Positions 10,901 to 17,878 of a stretch of 64,000 nt of DNA are shown piece by piece. The notes beneath the pieces were generated by a model. It was not told the DNA's origin. It saw only the letters and a program-made list of their open reading frames with translations, and did no database searches. The stretch is from an uncultured Gemmatimonadales bacterium (GTDB taxonomy: Bacteria; Gemmatimonadota; Gemmatimonadetes; Gemmatimonadales; GWC2-71-9): NCBI GenBank assembly GCA_963795085.1, contig CAWCFX010000001.1:160001-224000 (forward strand), written 5' to 3'. Both the position numbers and the translations under genes were made by a program. Position 1 is the first letter of the stretch, and each line of letters begins with the position of its first letter.

Positions 10901-11969
10901 CTTCAGCAATATCCCGATGACCAGCTACAACAACGCCGGCGCGCTGACGGGGGTCACCACGATCTTCCAGGCGCAGTCCTACCAGGCGGCCCAGAACACC
11001 TACCGCGGCACGGAAGGCGCGTACGCGGCGGCCAAGCGGGCGGCGGACTTCAACCTGTACTGGGGGGCGGGCGGGCTGATCGACTCGGTCATTGACGTCA
11101 CGCACAACGTGCCGGTGCCGTTCCGCGACAGCGTGATCGGCGGGTCGTGGGGCGTGCTCAACCAGTCGGCGGCGCAACCGTCGGGCCTCAACATCTCGTT
11201 CGACCGCCGGACCGAACTGACGGCGACCGACATGGGGTGCGTGGAGCCGTTGCGGAGCCTCGGCGCGGCGGCGCAGTCGCCGATCGTCTGCGGTACGAGC
11301 GCACTGGGCGACGGGCCGCAGTACATCCTGAGCCGGACCGCGGTGCCGGGTCCGATCGCGTTCTTCAGTCCCAGTACTACGGTGTCGCGGACGTCGCCGG
11401 TGGCGGCGAACGCCGGGTTCGTGCTCTATCTGGCCGGCGATGTCTTTACGTTCGAGCTGGCCGGCGGTGCGGTGCCGGCGTCGGGCACGGTGTGGTCGCT
11501 GCGCCAGTACATCGGCGCGATCTCGGGTGGTAACGGGGCGGCCGGCCCCTTCGGTCCCTACGTGTACAGCAACCCCGAGGGGGTCATGCCGGTGACGGCG
11601 GTGGGCGTGGACCTGCGGGCGAGCTTCGACGTCGTCAACCAGGTGAATGCCCCGACGGAGGCGAATCTGGCCCAGGTACACACGGTGCCGGACCCGTACT
11701 ACGTCACCAGCGAGTTCGAGCAGAGCACGGACACCAAGGTGATCAAGTTCGTGAACCTGCCGCAGGACGCCGTGATCCGGATCTACTCGTCCAGCGGCGT
11801 GCTGGTGAACCTGCTGGAGCACCATTCGACCACCTTCGGGGGCGCGCTGGACTGGAACGTGCGGAACCGGAACAACCAGGTGGTCGCCAGCGGGGTGTAC
11901 TTCTATCACATTGAGTCGGGGAACGCGCGCCGGGTCGGGCGCTTCACCATCGTTAACTTCGCGCAGTAG
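7959..11969 (+). CDS. Large secreted protein with Fn3-like segment and T9SS type A-like C-terminal sorting domain
   Basis: Signal peptide; GDNQVTVMW..EGYRVYR..YFYSVTAFD (Fn3-like); C-term VHTVPDPY..IKFVNLP..IRIYSSSGVLV..WNVRNRNNQVVASGVYFYHIE..GRFTIV. Confidence 0.8.
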   Translation: MHSLFRKRGVILTGLLALVLAVVLPTDASAKPEPGAKGRGFRMFARPLGAMTINRIYCGLSSTGEVCVDSSNSSTIGGGFWPKGTANQYVFNSGLQIAGIIGPDGGPWASDTTGAFFFDPKGTTQHGEQVQPIYNTQSAGDNAFICGIGSFGCNSGTTDPVALAARVPALDDNAAIFNPLLRGRTAASQGDVWWLSWDGNPGLLAGRPHPLGVVVEQRGLGWNFPSGNEDIIYFIYTFYNVTSINPADYAAVRPGMREILIQQANTFQQRNEATFGISLPDGGYTITDMFANFSADMDVGSATQNYASVNVPFALGYTYENTFSRFAGWTFDPSIFGAPFFAGTGFVGVKYLKSPEVNGQEVGLSLFSNTTNGGGDLNDPRDVKQLYRYVSGTLSPAFGDGACNFNPQTQKICFIRTASPADMRFFQSSGPLTLAPGEFGSVVVAYLFAAPVRTGGSAACPTCDIKPGNATITAGLGDPNVIALGVNPIDSITGFLDANDSNGDGVLTQEEFVVVPGSLLGKAKVAQAVFDNQFLLPFAPDAPEFFLIPGDNQVTVMWRPSPSETSGDPFYAIASQATVLCDPDDVMSGQCPNALYDPNYREFDVEGYRVYRGRVDAPNTLRLLAQFDYSGTVISDFAGQINPGPLCAPELGVTTNCPVAYDPIAPGLPRSAHVDVPLVGTITQVKLGDRALLANNEAIILNLDTYPNTVTTLGSCAPSICPALSDTGVPFVYVDNTVRNNFRYFYSVTAFDINSFQSGPSNLESARVTKSVTPVRPAGNYANAGTLTSVTIEGRGVTLDHNAPLPTIDGATGRFSGPFPAASDWTIGFGDFVAAVLSQPGSFAAHLDSISLGSPYDGIPHLYWWTATSGNNSASFSVAILQPQEIGVRSGATSFSAVPVDPALASRYGGGAGYTLQGQVGMSLPGPDYMTIYGRGCVNSRDGFAVQGAGACTYNGSRWFDGPSPANNETAVDPIAGNTANFSNIPMTSYNNAGALTGVTTIFQAQSYQAAQNTYRGTEGAYAAAKRAADFNLYWGAGGLIDSVIDVTHNVPVPFRDSVIGGSWGVLNQSAAQPSGLNISFDRRTELTATDMGCVEPLRSLGAAAQSPIVCGTSALGDGPQYILSRTAVPGPIAFFSPSTTVSRTSPVAANAGFVLYLAGDVFTFELAGGAVPASGTVWSLRQYIGAISGGNGAAGPFGPYVYSNPEGVMPVTAVGVDLRASFDVVNQVNAPTEANLAQVHTVPDPYYVTSEFEQSTDTKVIKFVNLPQDAVIRIYSSSGVLVNLLEHHSTTFGGALDWNVRNRNNQVVASGVYFYHIESGNARRVGRFTIVNFAQ

Positions 11970-11978
11970 CCCAGGTCA

Positions 11979-12008
11979 GGCGGGTGGGGCCATCCGGCTC
12001 CATCCGCC
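11979..12008 (+). other. Intergenic stem-loop before PorV-like gene
   Basis: GGCGGGTGGGGC / GCTCCATCCGCC inverted repeat, no U-tract. Confidence 0.4.
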
Positions 12009-12029
12009 GCATCCAGGAGAGTGGACACC

Positions 12030-13151
12030 ATGCGTTCTACGTTTACTAAGCGGTTGACCCTCGTGGTGACGCTGCTGGGCGGCCTGCCGGTCTACGGCGC
12101 AGCACAGAGCGTCAACCAGGACAACACTCCCTACGGCACCACGGCGGCGGAATTCCTGCTGCTGGGCGCCGGCGCGCGCGGCACCGCCCTGGGCGGGGCC
12201 TTCGCGTCCATCGTGTCGGACGTGAGCGCGCTCTACTACAACCCGGCCGGCGCGGCTTTGATGAGCCGGCCCGGCGCGATGGTCGGCACCTACGACTATA
12301 TCGCCGAAACCCGCTATACCTGGGCCGGCGTGGCCTTCCCCTTCGGGGGCGGGGCCCGCACCTTCGGCCTCCAGCTGGGCACCTTCGGGTTCAGCGACCA
12401 GCCGGTGTACACCGCCGAGGAGCCGGATGGGACGGGCTCGGTCTACTCGGTGAGCGAGACGTTTGCCGGGCTGACCTATGCCGAGAACTTCTCGGACCGG
12501 TTCAGCGCGGGGCTCACGGCCAAGTTCATCTTCGACAAGCTGGGCGATGCCAGCGGCAGCGCCCTGGCCGTGGACTTCGGGACCAACTTCCATGCGATGC
12601 TGTCGGGCCACCCGGTGAAGTTCAGCTTCGTGCTGGCCAACCTGGGCACCGATCTCTCGTATGGCGGCGACGCGCTGAACGCGGAAGACCCGCGGGAGCC
12701 GCTGCCGGGCGAGGACCCGGTGTCGACCCTGCCGCAGCCGGCCCGGCTGCGGACCAAGGGGTTCCCGCTGCCGACGACGTTCCGGGTGGGGCTGGCGTAT
12801 GACATCCTGACCGGGGCCAACAACCGGCTGACCTTCCTCTCCGACTTCAACCAGCCGAACAACAACTCGGCGGGCTTCGTGGTGGGCACGGAGTGGGCGC
12901 TGAACCGGCTGGGCGGGAGCGGCTTCGGGGTGGCGCTGCGGGGCAGCTACAGCTACACCGGGGCGAACAACCTGGAGACGGCGGATCCCTCGAGCACGGC
13001 GCTGACGGACGAAGAGAACTACCACGGCGCGGCGTTCGGCGGGGGCCTGAACTACGGCACCGGCACCTTCAGCCTGGGCGTCGACTATGCCTACAAGTAC
13101 ATGGGCATCCTCGGCGGCACCAACTTCTTCAGCTTCAATATCGGCTGGTAA
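12030..13151 (+). CDS. PorV/PorQ family outer-membrane beta-barrel
   Basis: AGGAG RBS; GTTAAEFLLLGAGARGTALGGAF..DVSALYYNPAG; PLPTTFRVGLAY; C-terminal FSFNIGW. Confidence 0.85.
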   Translation: MRSTFTKRLTLVVTLLGGLPVYGAAQSVNQDNTPYGTTAAEFLLLGAGARGTALGGAFASIVSDVSALYYNPAGAALMSRPGAMVGTYDYIAETRYTWAGVAFPFGGGARTFGLQLGTFGFSDQPVYTAEEPDGTGSVYSVSETFAGLTYAENFSDRFSAGLTAKFIFDKLGDASGSALAVDFGTNFHAMLSGHPVKFSFVLANLGTDLSYGGDALNAEDPREPLPGEDPVSTLPQPARLRTKGFPLPTTFRVGLAYDILTGANNRLTFLSDFNQPNNNSAGFVVGTEWALNRLGGSGFGVALRGSYSYTGANNLETADPSSTALTDEENYHGAAFGGGLNYGTGTFSLGVDYAYKYMGILGGTNFFSFNIGW

Positions 13152-13163
13152 ACGTACCGCACT

Positions 13164-13235
13164 TTCAGATGGCAGATTTCAGATGTCAGATTGAGGCGCA
13201 ATCTTCAATCGGCATCTGAATCTGCAACCTGAGAT
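13164..13235. repeat. Inverted heptamer repeat array (NNCAGAT / ATCTGNN)
   Basis: TTCAGAT GGCAGAT TTCAGAT GTCAGAT then ATCTGAA TCTGCAA CCTGAGA. Confidence 0.7.
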
Positions 13236-13257
13236 CAGTTCTGGAAGGGTTAACGCG

Positions 13258-14685
13258 TTGACGGTCTCGAAATTCTTGCCGCTGGCGGCCTTGGTGGCTT
13301 TCATGCCGCTGGCTCATCCGGCGGGGCAGGCGGCGGACGGGGACATCACGGTTTCGGCGGTGCGGTTCTACCGTGCGGAAGGTAGCCTGACCCAGGTCAA
13401 GGCATTCGTGCAGGTTCCCCTGGAATCACTGGCAGCCAGTCCGGATGGCAATCTGGTTTACCGGGTGACGGTTCAGCTCAAGGATTCTTCCGGCCTGCAA
13501 CTGGCGGACGAGCAGTGGCCTTGGCAGCGGGCCGCCGTGCACCTGCAGGAACCCGGCGCCTTTACCGTTAACAGCGTGGAGTTCACGGTCCGGCCAGGCA
13601 AGTACCGGCTGGACGTGCTGGTCGAGGATTCGGTTGGGGGCAGGCGATATGAGGCGGGCACGGATATCACTGGCTTCACCGGCCGCCCGGAGGCTTCGGA
13701 CCTGGTGTTGTCGCCGCTGATGCGGCCCTACGTGGTAGATTCTCCGCCGCGGGCCACTGAATGGAAAAGCGGGCAGTTCCTCGTCACTTCGATCGCCAGA
13801 GTCCAGCTTAACCCGGCTCGGAAGGACGGCAGTAGAATCTTCTACCTGGTCGAGGCCTACTCGGCTCAGCCGGACTCGGGCACCATGCAGGTCACCATCC
13901 GGGACTCGGCCGGCCGGCAGATCGTCCAGACGCCACCGACCCCGGTCAGCCTGGCAGCCGGAGGCGGGGTCCTCCGGGGGCAGCTGAATCTGGAGGGCCT
14001 GCCCCAGGGTCAGTACACAATGACAGTCGCCGTAGCCCTGGCAGGCGGAAGGACAGAACGCTCGGCCGGCTTCACGATGTCGGATTTGCAGACCGAGTTG
14101 AACAAGCTGGCCGCCCAGGCTCAGGCGCGTCGAATCACCGACGAGGGGTACTTCGCGCTGATGGGCGAAGAGCAACTGGACCGGGCGGCGGAGCCCCTGG
14201 AGTATATCGCAGACGGGCGCGAGCTCCGGGCCTACCGCGGGGCCTCGGTCGAGGCAAAGCGGCGGTTCCTGACCGAGTTCTGGCGGCAACGGGACCAGGA
14301 TCCTTCCACGATTCGGAACGAGTTGCGGGAGGAGTTCTACGGCAAGATCGAGTATGCCGACAGCACGTTCCGCGAGCGGGGCTCGGGCACGACGCCCGGG
14401 TGGAAGACCGACCGGGGGCGTGTTTACGCCAGGTATGGAGCCCCGGACGAGGTGCTGGACCGGGAACGCCGGGGCCGCACCCTGCCCTACATGGTCTGGC
14501 GGTACACCCGGATGCGGGATACCTGGTACATCTTCAGCGACCGGTCCGGGCTGGGCAGCTACAAGCTGATCCATACCAACGACCGGAGGGAGGCGGGAGC
14601 TCCCGATTGGCGAGACATCCTGGGGCCCGATGCCGTTCGTGACGCCGGGTTGTTCCTGGGCCAGGATTTCTTCGACCGTAACTAG
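13258..14685 (+). CDS. GWxTD domain-containing secreted protein
   Basis: FLTEFWRQRDQDPST..NELREEFY..GWKTDRGRVYARYGAPD; signal peptide; Ig-like N-terminal domains; TTG start uncertain. Confidence 0.88.
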   Translation: MTVSKFLPLAALVAFMPLAHPAGQAADGDITVSAVRFYRAEGSLTQVKAFVQVPLESLAASPDGNLVYRVTVQLKDSSGLQLADEQWPWQRAAVHLQEPGAFTVNSVEFTVRPGKYRLDVLVEDSVGGRRYEAGTDITGFTGRPEASDLVLSPLMRPYVVDSPPRATEWKSGQFLVTSIARVQLNPARKDGSRIFYLVEAYSAQPDSGTMQVTIRDSAGRQIVQTPPTPVSLAAGGGVLRGQLNLEGLPQGQYTMTVAVALAGGRTERSAGFTMSDLQTELNKLAAQAQARRITDEGYFALMGEEQLDRAAEPLEYIADGRELRAYRGASVEAKRRFLTEFWRQRDQDPSTIRNELREEFYGKIEYADSTFRERGSGTTPGWKTDRGRVYARYGAPDEVLDRERRGRTLPYMVWRYTRMRDTWYIFSDRSGLGSYKLIHTNDRREAGAPDWRDILGPDAVRDAGLFLGQDFFDRN

Positions 14686-14812
14686 TTCGGCGGTACATCA
14701 CGCTGGCATTAAAGGGTGGCGACGGAACGATGCCCTGCATCGCGCCGCCCGGCAGGTGAACATTTTACGTCGCTCCATCCTATTTCACGTTTCTCGGAAT
14801 GAGGTGCTCAGT

Positions 14813-15883
14813 ATGAACCGTTTGGTGCGTGGTTCGGTCCTCTTCGCCGTTGCCGTCACTCTTGGAGCCTGCGGTGGCATCAATCCCGATGGCAGCGATC
14901 AGACGGACCATCTGGTCTCGGATCCTTCCGTCGTGTTTGTCTCCAACATTGACAGCCAGGCTGTGTTCGTCGAGGCGTTGAACAGCCTCGGGCAGCAGCT
15001 GGAAGGCGACTTCGCGGTAACGGCCGGTAACGGCCTGACAGCATTCATTGATCCCAACTACCAGCCGGTGACCGGCCGGGAAGGCAACCCGACCCGGGCG
15101 CGGATCTTCGTCAAGGCGGAGAATGCGTCGAGTTTTGTCGCCAGCAGCATCACCGTCACCGCTAACGGCGAATCGCTGGTGATCCCGGTGTCGATCACTC
15201 CGGCCAACCTGCCGGGAACGTTCAGTACGGCAACTCCGAACGTGGGCGATACCGTGACGTTCACCGCCCAGACCCCGCTGCAGTTTGCGGCGACGTCGAC
15301 GGTGACGTTCCCAGGTGGACTGGCCGCCATCGTAACCGACGTGGCACCGGACGGCTCGAGCATCAGCTTCCTCCCGGTGCCCGGGTCAACGGGGAACCCG
15401 ACGGTCACCGAGGTTGGAACCTCCTACCTGAGCGGCGGTGTCACCGTTACGGCGACCTCCGGTCTCACGGTCCAGGCGGCGACCAACTACACCGGGTCGG
15501 ATTCGTATGCCACCGCGCCCACGATCGCCGCACCCTCTGCGGTTGGTGAGACGGCGTCGTTCTTCGACCTCGGCTCCTTTGTCGGAAGCTGCGGCGGCGT
15601 ACCCTGCCAGGTCTATCAGTTCACGATAACCGACGCGGGAGATTACTTCTTCACCTCCCATTGGGAGAACACCTCTGACCTCGGCATCTTCGTGGTGGCG
15701 AGCGATCAGACAACCGTCCTGGCCGGGTTTGACGGGCATGGCAACGGCGCGACCGCCCAGCCGGAAGAAGGCTCGGTTACCCTGGCACCGGGAACCTACT
15801 ATCTCGAAGTGGAGAGCTTCGCGGTCTTTTACCCTGATCCGGAGCCGGCCTGGATCCGGATAGACATCACCCGGGAGCTCTAA
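14813..15883 (+). CDS. Surface lipoprotein, Thr/Ser-rich beta domains with C-terminal PPC-like domain
   Basis: GAGGTG RBS; MNRLVRGSVLFAVAVTLGAC lipobox; C-term YQFTI..DLGIFV..EEGSVTLAPGTYYLEV. Confidence 0.7.
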   Translation: MNRLVRGSVLFAVAVTLGACGGINPDGSDQTDHLVSDPSVVFVSNIDSQAVFVEALNSLGQQLEGDFAVTAGNGLTAFIDPNYQPVTGREGNPTRARIFVKAENASSFVASSITVTANGESLVIPVSITPANLPGTFSTATPNVGDTVTFTAQTPLQFAATSTVTFPGGLAAIVTDVAPDGSSISFLPVPGSTGNPTVTEVGTSYLSGGVTVTATSGLTVQAATNYTGSDSYATAPTIAAPSAVGETASFFDLGSFVGSCGGVPCQVYQFTITDAGDYFFTSHWENTSDLGIFVVASDQTTVLAGFDGHGNGATAQPEEGSVTLAPGTYYLEVESFAVFYPDPEPAWIRIDITREL

Positions 15884-15906
15884 GCGACCGGTAGCACCCA
15901 TGAAAG

Positions 15907-15937
15907 AGGCCCCCACCGAACTGGTGGGGGCCTGTTT
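15907..15937. terminator. Intrinsic terminator between convergent genes, probably bidirectional
   Basis: AGGCCCCCACC-GAACT-GGTGGGGGCCT perfect 11-bp stem with GAAAG / GTTTC flanks. Confidence 0.8.
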
Positions 15938-15955
15938 CGTCCCCTCCCGTTAACG

Positions 15956-17725
15956 CTAGCTGACATCGGCCTCTCTGAACTGCTTCGAATAGAGCCGGGC
16001 ATAGAGCCCCTGGTGTGCGAGCAAACTGGCATGGTCTCCCTCCTCCACCACCAGCCCCCGGTCCAGCACGATCAGCCGGTCAGCCCGCTGGACCGTGGAG
16101 AGCCGGTGGGCAATGATGAGCGTGGTCCGGCCAACCAGGAGCTGTTCCATCGCGTCTTCGATCAGCCGCTCGCTCTCGTTGTCCAGGCTGCTGGTGGCTT
16201 CGTCCAGGAGCAGGACGGCAGGGTCCTTGAGGATCGCCCGGGCAATGGCGATGCGCTGGCGCTGGCCGCCGGACAGCTTGACGCCCCGCTCTCCCACCAT
16301 GGTGTCGTACCCCTGGGGCAGCCGGTCCACGAACTCGGCGGCGTGCGCGGCCCGGGCCGCCGCTTCGACCCGCCCGGCCGACGCCTCCGGATCGGCATAG
16401 GCAATGTTCTCCCGGATGGTGCCGCTGAACAGCGCCGGTTCCTGGGGCACCAGGCCGATGTGACGCCGGAGATCCGCCAGCCGCAGCTCCCTGATATCGA
16501 TCCCGTCGAATCTGATCCGGCCCTCGGTCACGTCCCAGAAGCGCGGGAGCAGCGATGCCAGAGTCGTCTTGCCGGCGCCGGAAGGCCCCACCAGGGCCAC
16601 CACCTCGCCCTGCCGCAGTTCCAGGGATACATGGCGAAGGGCCCAGGCCCCCTCATGGCCATACCGGAAACTCACGTTCTCGATCGCGATGTGGCCACGG
16701 ACCGGCTGGGGCAGGGGGGCCGGCCGGGCCGGGTCGGCAATGGCCGGGGTGGTTTCCAGGATCTGGAACACCCGCTCCGCTGCTCCCGCCGACTCCTGGA
16801 ACGAGCTGAAGAACGACACCAGGGTCCCGATGGCCGCGGCGATGTAGATCGTGTAAAGCAGAAATCCTACCAGCTGGCCCGCGGTGAGATTGCCCTCCAG
16901 CACCAGCCGGCCTCCCTGCCAGAGAACGACGACGACGCCGGCGAAGGTGGCAAAGGTGATTACTCCGAAGAACACTCCCCGGACCTGGGCCCTGCCGAGC
17001 GCCGCCGCCACGATGCTCCCCACCAGGTCGCCGTAGCGCTTCCGCTCGGCCGGCTCCTGCACGAAACTCTGGACGGTGCGGATCTGGCTGAAGGCCTCTT
17101 CGGCGTGGGCGGTGGCGTCGGCCACCTTGTCCTGCACTCCCATGGTGATTCGCCGGAGCCGGCGACCAAAAAAGACGGCGCAGAAGACCACGAAGGGCAC
17201 CACCAGCAACGCGGTGAGGGTCAGCCGGGGCTGCATGAGAAAGAGCGCGATGACGCTCCCGACCAGGGCCAGCGCCTGGCGGGAAAACTCGGCGATCTGG
17301 TGGCTCATCACGCCCTGCAGCATGCCGATGTCGGCGGTGAGCCGGCTGGTCAACTCCCCGGTGCGTCGTTCGGCAAAAAAACCGGGAGGCATGTCCAGCA
17401 GCCGGTCGAACAACTCCCGCCTGAGCCCGGCGACCGCTTTCTCGCCGGTGGCGGAAAGCAGGTAGGTCTGCGCGTAATTGAGGAGCGCCTGGAAGATGAA
17501 CAACACCAGCAGGCCCAGGGCGATCCGGTCCAGCAGCTCGCGGCCGCCTTCAACAAACGCCGCGTCCAGCAGGTGGCCCACGATCCAGGGAAAGGCGAGG
17601 CCGATGAGCGAGGCGAGCACCAGGGTGATACCGGCGAGGACGAGTGACCACCGGTAGGGCCGGATGCGGGGCCAGAGCCGGGCCAGGCTCGCGGGGAGCC
17701 TCAGGCGCAAACCGGCGGCCGGCAT
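15956..17725 (-). CDS. ABC exporter, fused permease/ATPase (MsbA-like)
   Basis: Multi-TM domain, GPSGAGKT, LSGGQRQRIAIARA, LLLDEATS, IIAHRLST. Confidence 0.92.
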   Translation of the reverse strand: MPAAGLRLRLPASLARLWPRIRPYRWSLVLAGITLVLASLIGLAFPWIVGHLLDAAFVEGGRELLDRIALGLLVLFIFQALLNYAQTYLLSATGEKAVAGLRRELFDRLLDMPPGFFAERRTGELTSRLTADIGMLQGVMSHQIAEFSRQALALVGSVIALFLMQPRLTLTALLVVPFVVFCAVFFGRRLRRITMGVQDKVADATAHAEEAFSQIRTVQSFVQEPAERKRYGDLVGSIVAAALGRAQVRGVFFGVITFATFAGVVVVLWQGGRLVLEGNLTAGQLVGFLLYTIYIAAAIGTLVSFFSSFQESAGAAERVFQILETTPAIADPARPAPLPQPVRGHIAIENVSFRYGHEGAWALRHVSLELRQGEVVALVGPSGAGKTTLASLLPRFWDVTEGRIRFDGIDIRELRLADLRRHIGLVPQEPALFSGTIRENIAYADPEASAGRVEAAARAAHAAEFVDRLPQGYDTMVGERGVKLSGGQRQRIAIARAILKDPAVLLLDEATSSLDNESERLIEDAMEQLLVGRTTLIIAHRLSTVQRADRLIVLDRGLVVEEGDHASLLAHQGLYARLYSKQFREADVS

Positions 17726-17878
17726 GAGCCCGGGGGCTCCGTCCGAAAGGGAGCGGGTCCCGTCGAGGTGGAACGCACGCGTGGAACGACCGGGCACGAA
17801 GATTGGAACGAACCCGTCTCCAGTGCTTTCATCTGCCTCTCTTCGTGCCTTCGTGATTTGCGGTGCGGTTGTTGATGC

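Noticed and set aside
5705..11909. Long minus-strand ORFs (804 aa and 1016 aa) opposite the TBDR and CTD genes
   Set aside because: Antisense shadows with no recognisable domains; the plus-strand genes have clear motifs, RBSs and signal peptides.
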